Shown here one piece after another: positions 28,264 to 38,653 of a stretch of 64,000 bases of DNA (the stretch's first letter is position 1; every line of letters starts with the position of its first letter). Source of the DNA: an uncultured Candidatus Saccharibacteria bacterium (lineage in GTDB: Bacteria > Patescibacteriota > Dojkabacteria > B142 > OLB20). The translations under genes and the position numbers were made by a program. Where the stretch lies: contig CAYWVD010000001.1 in assembly GCA_964461915.1 (NCBI GenBank), forward strand, positions 661,910 to 725,909. Reading direction: 5' to 3'. Under the pieces are notes generated by a model. That model saw nothing but the letters and a program-made list of their open reading frames with translations. It did not search any database and was not told the origin of the DNA.

Positions 28264-28320
28264 TTAAAATTTCAATAAAATCTATTGATTATAAGCTAAA
28301 GAAGGCATTCTGTCATTAAT

Positions 28321-28677
28321 TTATGTTAAATTCTTTTCGGCTTCTATGGCTTTTTTTGTAAGCACCAAAGCATCATCCAACTTCCCTTCGTTAATTAATT
28401 TAGTAATTTTCTCATTTACAGCTTTTTGCATCTTTTCTTCGTATTCCCTCATTATCGGCATTACTGCAACAGAAAGCTCTTCAAAGGTATCGTCAAGCTT
28501 GGGGATTACCTCTAAGAGCCTTGGTAAATCGATGTTTTCGGGCATCATTTGCAATACATAGCTAGCAATTTCTTTTGAACGATCTTCGCTCATCGACCCA
28601 TCTTCAAGTCCGCGAGTAATTATATCTACTATGGATTTTTGGACCTGCTCTCTTAATAAGACTGGATCATTAATCAT
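28321..28677 (-). CDS. Hypothetical protein.
   Basis: 118-aa ORF, helical and acidic; no recognisable motif. Confidence 0.35.
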   Translation of the reverse strand: MINDPVLLREQVQKSIVDIITRGLEDGSMSEDRSKEIASYVLQMMPENIDLPRLLEVIPKLDDTFEELSVAVMPIMREYEEKMQKAVNEKITKLINEGKLDDALVLTKKAIEAEKNLT

Positions 28678-28814
28678 TTTTTACTATTTTTAATAAGTAT
28701 TTTTACTATAACAAATTCTTTGAAATTGGACTATATCAGTATTTAACCATTCTAATTTTCCTTGCAAAAAGCCTGTAAAATTGACACAATAAAATATATA
28801 AAATTAGACTTGTT

Positions 28815-31169
28815 ATGACTGCCCAAATAACCGATATTAAAAGTCCCGAACTTCTGGTTGCTCTTACCAAATACATGCGCCTAGTAAACTTTATAGGCGT
28901 TGCGGAACTATACCTTAAAGATAACTTCCTGTTAGAACAAGAACTTAAACGAGAACATATTAAAACTAGACCACTAGGTCATTGGGGCACGGTTCCTGGA
29001 TTGAATTTTATCTACGCAAACTTAAATATTTTAATAAAAAGACATAATCAGGAGACCATGTTTATTGCTGGTCCAGGCCATGGTTATCCAGCAATACTTG
29101 CTAATCTCTATATTGAAGGGAGTTTGGGAGAAATCTATCCCGAATACCAAAGGAGCAAACAAGCTTTAGGAAAACTCATTAAAAATTTCAGTTGGCCCGG
29201 AGGATTCCCCTCACATTCAAATCCAGAAACTCCCGGAGCAATACTCGAAGGTGGAGAACTTGGATACTCGCTTGGGACTGCATTTGGTGCGGCTTTTGAT
29301 AATCCAGATCTATTAGTAGCTTGTGTTATTGGAGATGGCGAAGCTGAAACGGCAACTACAGCTACAGCATGGAATAGTATTAAATATTTAAATCCAAAAA
29401 CATCTGGAGCAGTTCTACCTATTGTTCATATAAATAAATTTAAAATTTCTGGCCCAACAATCTTTGGAACCATGAGTCATGAGGAATTGACCAATTTATT
29501 CGAAGGCTATGGCTATCATCCAATTATCGTCGATGGGGACTTTTTGTATGAGCCCATGCTTAATGCCATGGAAGAGGCTTATCAAAAAATTAAAACTATT
29601 CAGAAGGAAGCTCGCGAAAATGGAAAGATCGACAAACCAAAGTGGCCGGTGATCTTACTAATCACTAAAAAAGGCTGGACATGTCCAAAAGAAAGTAAGA
29701 GCCTCATGATTGAAGATAGCTTTAGGTCGCATGGAGTTCCATTTGAAAATGTTCATAAAGACGATGAGGAGTTTGCCTTGTTAAAATCCTGGCTAGAAAG
29801 CTATAAAGTCAATGAACTTCTAAAAGATGATGGATCGCCTATTGATGAAATTCAGAACTTAATCCCCAAAAAAGAATTACTGATGGGATTAAATAAGAAT
29901 GCAAATGGAGAAATGACAAAAGATTTGGTTTTGCCGGATCTTCAAAAATACGAATTTGATTTAGGGAAACCGGGATCAAAACTTACATCCAATATGGCCC
30001 ATCTAAGTAAATATTTAAGGGATATTATCGCTTTAAATAAAGATTCTTTTAGGGTTATGTCACCAGATGAAAGCGTTTCTAATAAACTCTCTCCCCTATT
30101 TGATGTAACCGAAAGAGCCTATGTGTGGCCTAGTTTACCTGGGGCAGAAAAAGTCGGTCCAGATGGACGCGTTATGGAAATTCTTAGCGAAAATCTACTT
30201 ACGGCCTGGATGGAAGGATATATATTAACTGGAAGACATGCTGTTTTGGTGTCTTATGAATCCTTTATGATGATTGTGGCCAGTATGATTGATCAGTATG
30301 TTAAGTTTATAAGTCAAAAAGAAAAGTTCGCATGGAGGAAGCCCCTTCCTTCGCTAAATATCATTTTAACAAGCGGAAGCTGGAGGCAAGAACATAATGG
30401 ATTGTCCCATCAAAACCCCGGGTTTATTAGTTCCTTGCTCAATAATCACTCAAAACATATTGATATTCATTATCCTGTTGATGCAAATATGCTTATCGCT
30501 ACGATGGAAGAATGTTTTAAAAGCAAGGACATGGTTAATATCGTCAGTATTGGCAAAAGAGATCTTCCCCAATATCTCAGTCTAAAACAGGCAAAAGATC
30601 AGATGTATTTTGGAGTTAAGAACTGGAGCAGTAAAAACGAGGAACCTGACATAACAATTGCAGCATCCGGAGATTATATGACGCTTGAAGCTTTAGCAGC
30701 GATTAAAATACTAAAAGTATCTGTTCCTGAGATCAAAGCAAGATTCGTCAGTGTAAGCGAATTGTCCAACTTTAATCTTGGCGATCTAAACGAAAAAGAA
30801 TATCAGCAGATGATTGAAAAATATTTTGGAAAAAATAATCCTGTAATTTATGTTTATCATGGATATACAGAAGATGTTAAACAGCTATTATTTGGGGTTG
30901 AAAATCAAAAAAGATTTCATTTATTTGGCTATGGCGAAATTGGTACAACTACTACCCCATTTGATATGCTTGTTCTAAATAAATGCAGCCGATACCAATT
31001 GGTATTAAAAGCCATAGATTTATATTTAGAAAAGAGTAACATGTCGGTTTCCCCTGAAATTCGAAAAACTATAAACGAGATGAATTCTCTTCTTGAAAAA
31101 CACTCTAAATTCATCCGAGAAATGGGCTACGACATACCAGAAGTAACGGATTTTAAATTGATTGATTAG
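28815..31169 (+). CDS. xfp: Xylulose-5-phosphate/fructose-6-phosphate phosphoketolase (TPP-dependent).
   Basis: 784 aa with 'GHWGTVPGLNFIYANLN...', 'GPGHGYPA' and 'GDGEAETA' phosphoketolase signatures. The length is typical of the family. Confidence 0.9.
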   Translation: MTAQITDIKSPELLVALTKYMRLVNFIGVAELYLKDNFLLEQELKREHIKTRPLGHWGTVPGLNFIYANLNILIKRHNQETMFIAGPGHGYPAILANLYIEGSLGEIYPEYQRSKQALGKLIKNFSWPGGFPSHSNPETPGAILEGGELGYSLGTAFGAAFDNPDLLVACVIGDGEAETATTATAWNSIKYLNPKTSGAVLPIVHINKFKISGPTIFGTMSHEELTNLFEGYGYHPIIVDGDFLYEPMLNAMEEAYQKIKTIQKEARENGKIDKPKWPVILLITKKGWTCPKESKSLMIEDSFRSHGVPFENVHKDDEEFALLKSWLESYKVNELLKDDGSPIDEIQNLIPKKELLMGLNKNANGEMTKDLVLPDLQKYEFDLGKPGSKLTSNMAHLSKYLRDIIALNKDSFRVMSPDESVSNKLSPLFDVTERAYVWPSLPGAEKVGPDGRVMEILSENLLTAWMEGYILTGRHAVLVSYESFMMIVASMIDQYVKFISQKEKFAWRKPLPSLNIILTSGSWRQEHNGLSHQNPGFISSLLNNHSKHIDIHYPVDANMLIATMEECFKSKDMVNIVSIGKRDLPQYLSLKQAKDQMYFGVKNWSSKNEEPDITIAASGDYMTLEALAAIKILKVSVPEIKARFVSVSELSNFNLGDLNEKEYQQMIEKYFGKNNPVIYVYHGYTEDVKQLLFGVENQKRFHLFGYGEIGTTTTPFDMLVLNKCSRYQLVLKAIDLYLEKSNMSVSPEIRKTINEMNSLLEKHSKFIREMGYDIPEVTDFKLID

Positions 31170-32319
31170 TATGGCAATCCTTGTAATAAATGCAGGTAGC
31201 GTTACTATCAAATACAAGTTATTTGACGATGATTTTTCATGTTTAATTTCGGGAGTATTAGATAATAAAAAAGGTCGATTCGTAAGCGAATTAATAAAAT
31301 CCGATATTAAATATGAATGGGAAATTTCAAAAGAACAATTTGATAATGCCCCCGAACTAATACTCAACGAATGTAAAGATTATAAAATTAATAAGATTGG
31401 ATTTAGAATCGTTCATGGGGGCGATAAATATACCGAAGATATTCTTTTAAATGACAAGATAATTTCTGATCTTGAAAAAATTTCGGCGTTAGCACCCCTT
31501 CATAACCCCCCAGCAATTAAGATTATTAAAAAATTTAAATCTATTATTCACGACACTCCATTTTATGCTGTTTTTGATACCGGGTTTTATTCGAAGATGC
31601 CAGAGAAAGCTTTTATGTATGCGATCCCCTATGAATATTATCAACTATACAAGGTCCGCAGATATGGATTTCACGGTATTTCTCACAACTATTTATATAA
31701 TGAATTAAAGAAAATCGAGCCAAATGCAAAGAAGGTGATTTCTTGCCATTTAGGAGGAGGCGCCAGCATCAGCGCCATTAATGATGGTATTTGCATTGAT
31801 ACATCGATGGGATTCACTCCCCAAGAAGGATTAATTATGGCAACTAGGCCGGGCGATGTTGATGATGGCGCAGTCCAATACTTACAATCCGTTACAAAAT
31901 TTAACGATGAAGAATTTGCCAAAATTCAAAATGAAAAAAGTGGACTGCTTGGGATTTCCGGATATACTTCGGATATGCGTACTCTTTTAGAGGATTCTGA
32001 CAAAGGCAATAGTCGCGCTAAACTTGCAATAGACATGTATATTTATCGAATACAAAAATATATAAGCGCCTACATAGGACTATTGAATGGCGTCGATGCA
32101 ATAATAATTTCGGCCGGAGTTGGCGCCGGATCAGACATCATTAGAGAAAAAATCTTTAAAGACCTTTCATACTTTAATCTTTTAATTGATAAAGAAATTA
32201 ATACGGGTAAAATAAATGTTAGCTATAATTTAAAAATTAGTTCGTTTGCTTCTGTTCCGATTTGGATAATCCCCACAAATGAAGAACTACATATAGCAAA
32301 GGAGATCAAAGATAAATAA
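31162..32319 (+). CDS. ackA: Acetate kinase.
   Basis: 385 aa: 'ILVINAGSVTIKYKLF', 'FRIVHGGDKY', 'PLHNPPAI', 'RYGFHGISH' and 'CHLGGGASI' motifs. The start overlaps the xfp stop. Confidence 0.9.
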   Translation: MISMAILVINAGSVTIKYKLFDDDFSCLISGVLDNKKGRFVSELIKSDIKYEWEISKEQFDNAPELILNECKDYKINKIGFRIVHGGDKYTEDILLNDKIISDLEKISALAPLHNPPAIKIIKKFKSIIHDTPFYAVFDTGFYSKMPEKAFMYAIPYEYYQLYKVRRYGFHGISHNYLYNELKKIEPNAKKVISCHLGGGASISAINDGICIDTSMGFTPQEGLIMATRPGDVDDGAVQYLQSVTKFNDEEFAKIQNEKSGLLGISGYTSDMRTLLEDSDKGNSRAKLAIDMYIYRIQKYISAYIGLLNGVDAIIISAGVGAGSDIIREKIFKDLSYFNLLIDKEINTGKINVSYNLKISSFASVPIWIIPTNEELHIAKEIKDK

Positions 32320-32321
32320 GG

Positions 32322-32834
32322 ATGACCGATTTTGAATTAGAACAACTATATAATAAAAACTTCGTTAAGATTTATCGTTTTTTCTACTATAAGGTATTAA
32401 CTAGGGAAATTGCTGAAGATCTAACCAGCGAATCTTTTATGAAGTTCTTAGCAATCTCAAAGACTAAAGACGATATCCTAGACAAAGAAAAGTATTTATT
32501 TGGCGTAGTTAAGCTAGTCTTCATGAGTTATTTGCGAAATAAATACAATTCGATTAAAACAATTCCAATAGAAACTGAACAGGACTTTGGATCATATGTT
32601 GATAATTTCATTAAAGAGGTTGATGAAGAACCCACTCCAGAGGATCTTGCAATAAAATACATTGAAAAGCTTCCAGAAAAACAAAAAATTGTAGTCAAAA
32701 TGAGATTGATCGAGAAGAAAAGCCTTAAAGAAATTTGTCAGATTCTAAACAAAGATATGAATTATGTTAAGACAACTCAAAAAAGAGCTTTAAAAAATCT
32801 AAAGATTTTAATTTCAACATTTAATGTACACTAA
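32322..32834 (+). CDS. ECF-type sigma-70 family RNA polymerase sigma factor.
   Basis: 170 aa. Region 2-like 'FVKIYRFFYYKVLTREIAEDLTSESFMKF' and region 4 HTH 'LPEKQKIVVKMRLIEKKSLKEICQILNKDMNYVKTTQKRALKNLK'. Confidence 0.7.
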   Translation: MTDFELEQLYNKNFVKIYRFFYYKVLTREIAEDLTSESFMKFLAISKTKDDILDKEKYLFGVVKLVFMSYLRNKYNSIKTIPIETEQDFGSYVDNFIKEVDEEPTPEDLAIKYIEKLPEKQKIVVKMRLIEKKSLKEICQILNKDMNYVKTTQKRALKNLKILISTFNVH

Positions 32835-32856
32835 AGCCTACTAATATATTGATACT

Positions 32857-34011
32857 ATGAACGAAGACAAACAATTAGAACAATTTTTAAGATCACTCGA
32901 CAGAAGGAATTCCATGCCTTCAATGGACTTTGAATTCAAACTTAGAGATAAATTATTATCCAAAAATAATACCGAACACCAAGGTTTCTGGAATAAACTA
33001 TTCTTTGGAATGGGTAAAACCAATATGTTCGGCTTAACAAGTGGTATTGCCTTAAGCGCAGTATTCATCGTTGTTATTTTTGGTTTTTACTACAACTTGA
33101 ATAATCAATACACAGTTCACGAGCAGATTAGAACAATTGAAGGTCAAGAAGAATATGGGATTTTAAGCCAGGTTTATGCAAATAATCCACAGATTTTGAT
33201 AAATTATGACAAACCATTAACCACAGAGAACATTGCTGATTCAGTGGACGACCAATCTATTGCACAAGTAATCGCCACCCCGGATATTCAAGAGAGTAAA
33301 AACTTTAACTTTTTCAAATTGGCCACTCAAGTTACATATTCAAGCTTTGCAGAAAACTGTGTAAATCTAAATACTGACAATACAAGCTTGGAATTTTATA
33401 CTTTTGAAGGAGAAATTGATGGCGAAGAAGCTTCTAATGAAAAGCTCTTAAAGACTGTAGAATACACAACTGACAATACCATTCTTGATTACCAATTAGT
33501 AAAAAACAATGAATATTTTAGATATTTTGGGGCCGGAACAACTCAATTAAGTAATATCAATATATTAACCGACAATTCAGTTGTAAACACACCCTCTGTA
33601 ATTGATTTCGCAGAAATTGGGAAACTCTTTGGATCAGACCTTTTAGTGCAAGAAGTGGTTTCGGGAGATAAATTTATTTATAAAATTAAATATTCGACTC
33701 CAAATAATTTCTGTAGTTTTGATTCTCAAACCTCTAAGGGGAAAATTATAAATATATTAATAGCTGATCCTTCACAAAATTTCGCGATAATCGAAGCCCA
33801 ATACTACTTTGAATATCCGACACTTCAAAACCAAATAATGGTTGTTAAAAACAATCAAGAAAGATTAAATCTGTCATTAGACGAAGCCAAGAAATTCTTT
33901 GAATATGACCTGCCCTACCCAATCAAAGTAATTGAAGATGTTAAAGGGATAAAGATAACTAATATCCAAAAGCCCTTAACGATTATTCATAATAAAGAAG
34001 AATCTAAGTAG
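32857..34011 (+). CDS. Putative anti-sigma factor: bitopic membrane protein with an extracytoplasmic domain.
   Basis: 384 aa directly downstream of the ECF sigma gene. About 60-aa cytoplasmic N-terminus, TM 'GIALSAVFIVVIFGFYY', and a large external domain. Called from context only. Confidence 0.4.
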   Translation: MNEDKQLEQFLRSLDRRNSMPSMDFEFKLRDKLLSKNNTEHQGFWNKLFFGMGKTNMFGLTSGIALSAVFIVVIFGFYYNLNNQYTVHEQIRTIEGQEEYGILSQVYANNPQILINYDKPLTTENIADSVDDQSIAQVIATPDIQESKNFNFFKLATQVTYSSFAENCVNLNTDNTSLEFYTFEGEIDGEEASNEKLLKTVEYTTDNTILDYQLVKNNEYFRYFGAGTTQLSNINILTDNSVVNTPSVIDFAEIGKLFGSDLLVQEVVSGDKFIYKIKYSTPNNFCSFDSQTSKGKIINILIADPSQNFAIIEAQYYFEYPTLQNQIMVVKNNQERLNLSLDEAKKFFEYDLPYPIKVIEDVKGIKITNIQKPLTIIHNKEESK

Positions 34012-34678
34012 TTTGAACTTTCTTTTTTTTATTAAGTTTTCTTTGTAATGCAACTCTCAATATTATAATGACTATCCCGAAAAGGAATAGAATTAAATTT
34101 GTTGGAATAAAATTACTTTTTGATGCCCATTCATCAATATTAGTCCAAATGTGAAAATCTTTAATGAAGAAATGTAGAAGTACAAATGAAAAAGCAATGT
34201 ACCCTACTACTCTTAATAATTCCCTCCACAAAACGCCTCCCAATTTAACGACAAATCTTTTCATGGTGATTATAGCCATGAACAAAAACATTATTAAAGC
34301 CGTTTCCCCTAAAGTGTAGGCAAAAGTATTTGAAATACTTAAGCCGCCAATTATTGGCCACATTTTATCGAATTCATAAAATTTCTTATCGGAATTAAAT
34401 AAAAAATAAAAAGCCAATGATGAAGAAGCATGAAGAATAGCAAATAAGAAGCCCATTAATCCAAAATACATTCGATAACTTAAAAGAATATGGAATTTAT
34501 TAGTAAAAAAAACTAGACTTGCAGAAACTAGCGAAATTCCAACCATAATAAAAGCCATCGAGGCAAAAAGCCTATTAAAAAAGTAAATGTCAAAACCCCT
34601 ATCCAGGAAAATTAAAACCCCAAAAAAGAAAGCTAAACCTATCGAAATTATGATAGTCTTGATCCAAAATTTTGCCAT
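34004..34678 (-). CDS. Polytopic membrane protein, possibly ferric-reductase-like/MsrQ-type heme-binding TM domain.
   Basis: 224 aa with 6 predicted TM helices. Conserved-looking His within helices ('AILHASSSLAFY', 'FVLLHFFI'). Confidence 0.3.
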   Translation of the reverse strand: MAKFWIKTIIISIGLAFFFGVLIFLDRGFDIYFFNRLFASMAFIMVGISLVSASLVFFTNKFHILLSYRMYFGLMGFLFAILHASSSLAFYFLFNSDKKFYEFDKMWPIIGGLSISNTFAYTLGETALIMFLFMAIITMKRFVVKLGGVLWRELLRVVGYIAFSFVLLHFFIKDFHIWTNIDEWASKSNFIPTNLILFLFGIVIIILRVALQRKLNKKKKVQTT

Positions 34679-34685
34679 TTTTTAT

Positions 34686-35408
34686 TTAGGATAAAATAAT
34701 ACCCGAAGCTACTATTCCTGCAGTTTCGGTTCTTAAAATAGGCATATCTAAATGAGCTATCGTGAATCCGGCATTTTTTGCTGATTCAACTTCTCTAGGG
34801 GAAAGACCCCCTTCGGGCCCGATTACTAATACAACGGTTTCGTTTTTTTGAATTTGAATTTCTTTTAAATTTATTGAGCCTTCAACATCTCTTGAATGCA
34901 AAATTATTTTCTTATCTGCATCGGCTTTTAATAGATCATTAAATTTGATTGGGCCTTTGAATTCTGGTAAAAGTACGCCTTCGGATTGTCTTAAAGCTTC
35001 TTGGGCGACTTTTTTAAGATGTTCAACTTTAGTCTCGGTGTAATCCTCGACTTTGGGGATACTGTTTTCGGATTCAAAAAGAATAAAACCAATAATTCCA
35101 GCTTCAGTATTCATCCTTACGATATCATCCATTTTGCCAGCTCTTGGTAAGCTTTGGGCAAGTAAAACTTTAGGTTTATCTGGAAGTTGGCATTGATAGG
35201 CTCTTAGTATTAATCCGGCCACCTGTTTTTTATCAATATATCCAATTTTTGCCTCGTATTCTGTACCAAATCCATCAAATAAAATTATCTCGTCACCCTT
35301 TTTTAATCTTAAAACCAAGGAAATATGACCGACAGTCGTCTTGTCAGTTATTAAAAAGTTCCTTGCGGTATGACTTTTACTATCAACAAAAAATCTATAT
35401 TTTTTCAT
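34686..35408 (-). CDS. rsmE: 16S rRNA (uracil1498-N3)-methyltransferase RsmE.
   Basis: 240 aa: 'YRFFVDS...GDEIILFDGFG.EYEAKI...' and C-terminal 'VVLVIGPEGGLSPREVESAKNAGFTIAHLDMPILRTETAGIVASGIIL' match the RsmE SPOUT fold. Confidence 0.8.
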   Translation of the reverse strand: MKKYRFFVDSKSHTARNFLITDKTTVGHISLVLRLKKGDEIILFDGFGTEYEAKIGYIDKKQVAGLILRAYQCQLPDKPKVLLAQSLPRAGKMDDIVRMNTEAGIIGFILFESENSIPKVEDYTETKVEHLKKVAQEALRQSEGVLLPEFKGPIKFNDLLKADADKKIILHSRDVEGSINLKEIQIQKNETVVLVIGPEGGLSPREVESAKNAGFTIAHLDMPILRTETAGIVASGIILS

Positions 35409-35481
35409 ACTTGTATTTTACTACAATTGTCTCAAGCTAACCATAAGTGTATATTGTATAAATATATTCAAACTTAAACCA

Positions 35482-36882
35482 ATGCAAAATTTCATAAAAA
35501 AGATATTCTTTTCTTTTACTCTCTTTATGCTTGTCCTATACCCTCTTTCGAGCCTTAGCGCAAGCGCACTGCTACTTGAATCGGATAAAAATGGAAGTTT
35601 TGATTCAACATCCTTAAAAAAACCATCCTTCATAAACTACGAAAACAATGAAGAAACATTACTTCTGACTTTTGGGAGCTATAAACCAGACTCGGATTTG
35701 GTCTGGATAGTTCCGATCCCTGCTAAAGCAGGTGATATAAAAACATTTAATAGTGTGACTAAACCCCCATATATATTCAATTCGGGTGATATTAATTACA
35801 TTGCTAATTCATCCATAAAGTTCGACATGATTATGCTTTCTGCAGGCGAATTTATCCCATTATTAGCAATGCCAACTTTACTTGAGATTCTTCCATCCGA
35901 GCTAGCAGATGCTTTCTGTTCGAATGTTTATCAAATTTTAAAGGATGATTTGCCTGATGCGAATATTAAGCCTAGCGGAAATTTCAAAATTAATAATAAC
36001 GGCGTTAGTACTTCCGTTTTAGATGCTACTAATGAAAATGATTTAAAAAACTATTTAGTTGAAAACGATCTGATTATCGATGATAAAGATCTCGAGTCGT
36101 TAAAAGATTATTATGGCAAAGGATTTAGTTTTGTAATTTCAATAATTTCTAAAGATTTATTAGACCAGACTCCCATTCGTTATTCAATTGAAAACTCCGA
36201 AATCATTAAAGAATTCGAATATAGGGGGATTATGATTAAATTCCCGACCGACAGAATATTTTTCCCCGCTACTAAAACAAGTGGAGATAATTCCGAACAA
36301 ACAGAAAATTCTGTAAGCATAATTGGCTTATATCAACCATTGATTAATAATGGTATTCGGCCTGGTTCGGAATTTAAATACTTTAGTAACAGGAAGCCAA
36401 TTATTTTCCCAAGTAATTTCTCAAACAAATTAAATTCATTGGGGCAAAATGAAAATTTTGACTACACAACATTTGCATTCTATTTAGAGAATAATTCTAA
36501 CGAAGATATTTATTTTAACTCGAATCCCCCATTAAATTTTTATTTATCAAAATTTATTTATGATAATAATTTTTTATTATTGATATTTATTTGGACATTC
36601 TTCTCAATGCTATCAAGCGGAATAGCCGGATTGATCTGTTTTAAAGAAATGCGATCTAAAAAAATAATTAAATTTGTATTCTTGGGATTAGCAAACCTTT
36701 TTACTTTTTGGGGGTTGGTATTAGTTACATCTCTATTAAAAACCAAAAAGGTCGAAGGGACAGAAAACACATATACTAGGTTAGACATTAGAAAGTTCTT
36801 TTTTTTAATATCATTTTTATTTTTAAATATTTTATTAATAAACCTTAGTGGAATTATCGCACTATGGTTATTAAATTTTTAA
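35482..36882 (+). CDS. Hypothetical secreted/membrane protein (signal peptide, C-terminal TM helices).
   Basis: 466-aa ORF. N-terminal 'IFFSFTLFMLVLYPLSSLSASA' and a C-terminal hydrophobic cluster. Confidence 0.45.
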   Translation: MQNFIKKIFFSFTLFMLVLYPLSSLSASALLLESDKNGSFDSTSLKKPSFINYENNEETLLLTFGSYKPDSDLVWIVPIPAKAGDIKTFNSVTKPPYIFNSGDINYIANSSIKFDMIMLSAGEFIPLLAMPTLLEILPSELADAFCSNVYQILKDDLPDANIKPSGNFKINNNGVSTSVLDATNENDLKNYLVENDLIIDDKDLESLKDYYGKGFSFVISIISKDLLDQTPIRYSIENSEIIKEFEYRGIMIKFPTDRIFFPATKTSGDNSEQTENSVSIIGLYQPLINNGIRPGSEFKYFSNRKPIIFPSNFSNKLNSLGQNENFDYTTFAFYLENNSNEDIYFNSNPPLNFYLSKFIYDNNFLLLIFIWTFFSMLSSGIAGLICFKEMRSKKIIKFVFLGLANLFTFWGLVLVTSLLKTKKVEGTENTYTRLDIRKFFFLISFLFLNILLINLSGIIALWLLNF

Positions 36883-36907
36883 ATTCTTATTGTATAATCT
36901 ACTTATC

Positions 36908-36980
36908 GGCTACGTAGTTCAGCTGGTAGAACGTTCGATTCACATTCGAAAGGTCACAGGTTCGAGTCCTGTCGTAGCCA
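36908..36980 (+). tRNA. tRNA-Val (anticodon CAC).
   Basis: The cloverleaf folds by hand: acceptor GGCTACG/CGTAGCC, anticodon stem TTCGA/TCGAA with loop TTCACAT, T-arm ACAGG-TTCGAGT-CCTGT. No encoded CCA. Confidence 0.85.
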
Positions 36981-36998
36981 TTTAAGTTGAAATGAAAT

Positions 36999-37667
36999 AT
37001 GGAAGTCCCACAATTTCCACATAGTAAAAACTTACCGGTTGCCTCTATCGATAGGAAGGACATTACAAATTTTTTGATTGGAGCCCATAATAAACCGCTG
37101 TCTGAGTATTCTTGTGAGGACTTAAAAATTTTTTCTTCTTCCCAAATTGCCCGTTTACCATATCATATAATTATTGGTCTTTTAGAAAATCCTTTTGTGT
37201 CCGCTTACGTTTTGACACAAATAGAATTAGAAAGGGTGGCAATCGCTGAAAAACACCAATTGGAGGGAGTCACAACTGATAATGATGGAACTAAAAAACT
37301 TGAATTATCTGTAGACACTGTAAGGGCAATTTTTGATGCACATGATATTAGTATGCGTGAAAGGCTCATCTTGGCCGGGAGGATTGCGCCCATTATAGAT
37401 CAAACAAATCCTAGTAACCCAATTAATAAAGTTAACCCTGTGGAATTAACTTTTCGGTCGATATTATTTAATAGAACCTTAGAAAATACAAATTATACAA
37501 AAATTGAAAATGGAGGATTAGATGCATTAGAGTTTTGGCAAATGATCCCAACGGAGTGTAGGGTCAAATACATCGATCGGAAAGCCGATGATGGTAATCC
37601 TTCTTTTCTGTTTGTTACTGAAGGATTAAAAGCAACCTATCCAAAGCTTTTTCCTCAACAGAAGTAA
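36999..37667 (+). CDS. Hypothetical protein.
   Basis: 222-aa ORF between two tRNA genes; no recognisable motif. Confidence 0.45.
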   Translation: MEVPQFPHSKNLPVASIDRKDITNFLIGAHNKPLSEYSCEDLKIFSSSQIARLPYHIIIGLLENPFVSAYVLTQIELERVAIAEKHQLEGVTTDNDGTKKLELSVDTVRAIFDAHDISMRERLILAGRIAPIIDQTNPSNPINKVNPVELTFRSILFNRTLENTNYTKIENGGLDALEFWQMIPTECRVKYIDRKADDGNPSFLFVTEGLKATYPKLFPQQK

Positions 37668-37687
37668 TTTGATATAATTAATGTTGT

Positions 37688-37760
37688 GGGCCTGTAGCTT
37701 AGTTGGTAGAGCGCCGCATTCGCATTGCGGAGATCGTCGGTTCGAACCCGATCAGGTCCA
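37688..37760 (+). tRNA. tRNA-Ala (anticodon CGC).
   Basis: Acceptor GGGCCTG/CAGGTCC with the G3:U70 Ala identity pair; anticodon stem CCGCA/TGCGG with loop TTCGCAT; T-loop TTCGAAC. Confidence 0.85.
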
Positions 37761-37783
37761 TTCAATTTCTCAAAAATTTAAAA

Positions 37784-38653
37784 ATGAATAAATTTGTAAA
37801 AATATTTTTAGTATTAATACTATTAGCTTTGATAGCTAGTTTCTTTGTATTTTCAGATAAAGGTCAAAATGGGCAAAAAGATCCTAAAAAGAAAGTGGCG
37901 GTTACGATAAGTATTCTTGGGGACTTGGTAAAAAAAGTTGGCGGGGAAAATATCGATGTTTTTACAATCATACCCGAAGGAGTTGATCCACACGATTATG
38001 AGCCAAATGTTAGTGATCAAATAAACATAAATGATTCCTCTGCTCTATTGTATGTTGGCATGGGATTTGATGATTGGGCAGTTGATCTTGCTAAACAAAA
38101 TGAAAATATTTCATTGTTCGATATTTCTCTTGAACCGACATTAGAGAAGATCGGAGGTAATCCTCATTATTGGCTTTCCTATACCAACGGCGAAATGATA
38201 GTCAGATCGATAGCAAAGTCTTTAAGCATGATCGATACCGAAAATGCTGAGGTTTTTGTTAATAATGCCAACAAATTAGTTGCAGATATCGAAAAAGAAC
38301 GAGAAGCAAGTTTGCAAAAAATTAATGAAAAACAAACTAAAAAGATAATTACAGAACATAATGCCTATCAATATTTGGCAGAAGATTTAGGACTAGAATT
38401 ATTAGCAGTGGTCGAAAAAGATCATTCAAATGAACCCCTACCCCAAGATTTGGCGAATATTAATACCCTTATTAAAAGTAATGATATTAAATCCATCTTT
38501 GGCGAAGAAGGAAGTTTTTCGTCTTCAGTTGAATCTATTGCATTAAGCAATAATATAAAAATATTAAAACTCGACGCAGAAGGATTCGCCCATAGCGAAT
38601 ATTTAGCCCTAATGAAGTATAATGTAGGGGTTATTATTGAAAGTTTAGATTGA
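37784..38653 (+). CDS. znuA: Metal (Zn/Mn) ABC transporter substrate-binding protein, ZnuA/TroA family.
   Basis: The ORF track starts at 37703, inside the tRNA-Ala gene. The likely true start is the internal Met at 37784 (MNKFVKIFLVLILLALIASFF, a signal peptide). 'EGVDPHDYEP' matches the DPH(x)YE metal-SBP motif. Confidence 0.7.
   Translation: MNKFVKIFLVLILLALIASFFVFSDKGQNGQKDPKKKVAVTISILGDLVKKVGGENIDVFTIIPEGVDPHDYEPNVSDQININDSSALLYVGMGFDDWAVDLAKQNENISLFDISLEPTLEKIGGNPHYWLSYTNGEMIVRSIAKSLSMIDTENAEVFVNNANKLVADIEKEREASLQKINEKQTKKIITEHNAYQYLAEDLGLELLAVVEKDHSNEPLPQDLANINTLIKSNDIKSIFGEEGSFSSSVESIALSNNIKILKLDAEGFAHSEYLALMKYNVGVIIESLD

Noticed and set aside
37703-37783. N-terminal extension of the ZnuA-like ORF (MVERRIRIAEIVGSNPIRS...).
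   Set aside because: It translates the tRNA-Ala gene itself. The signal-peptide Met at 37784 is the credible start.
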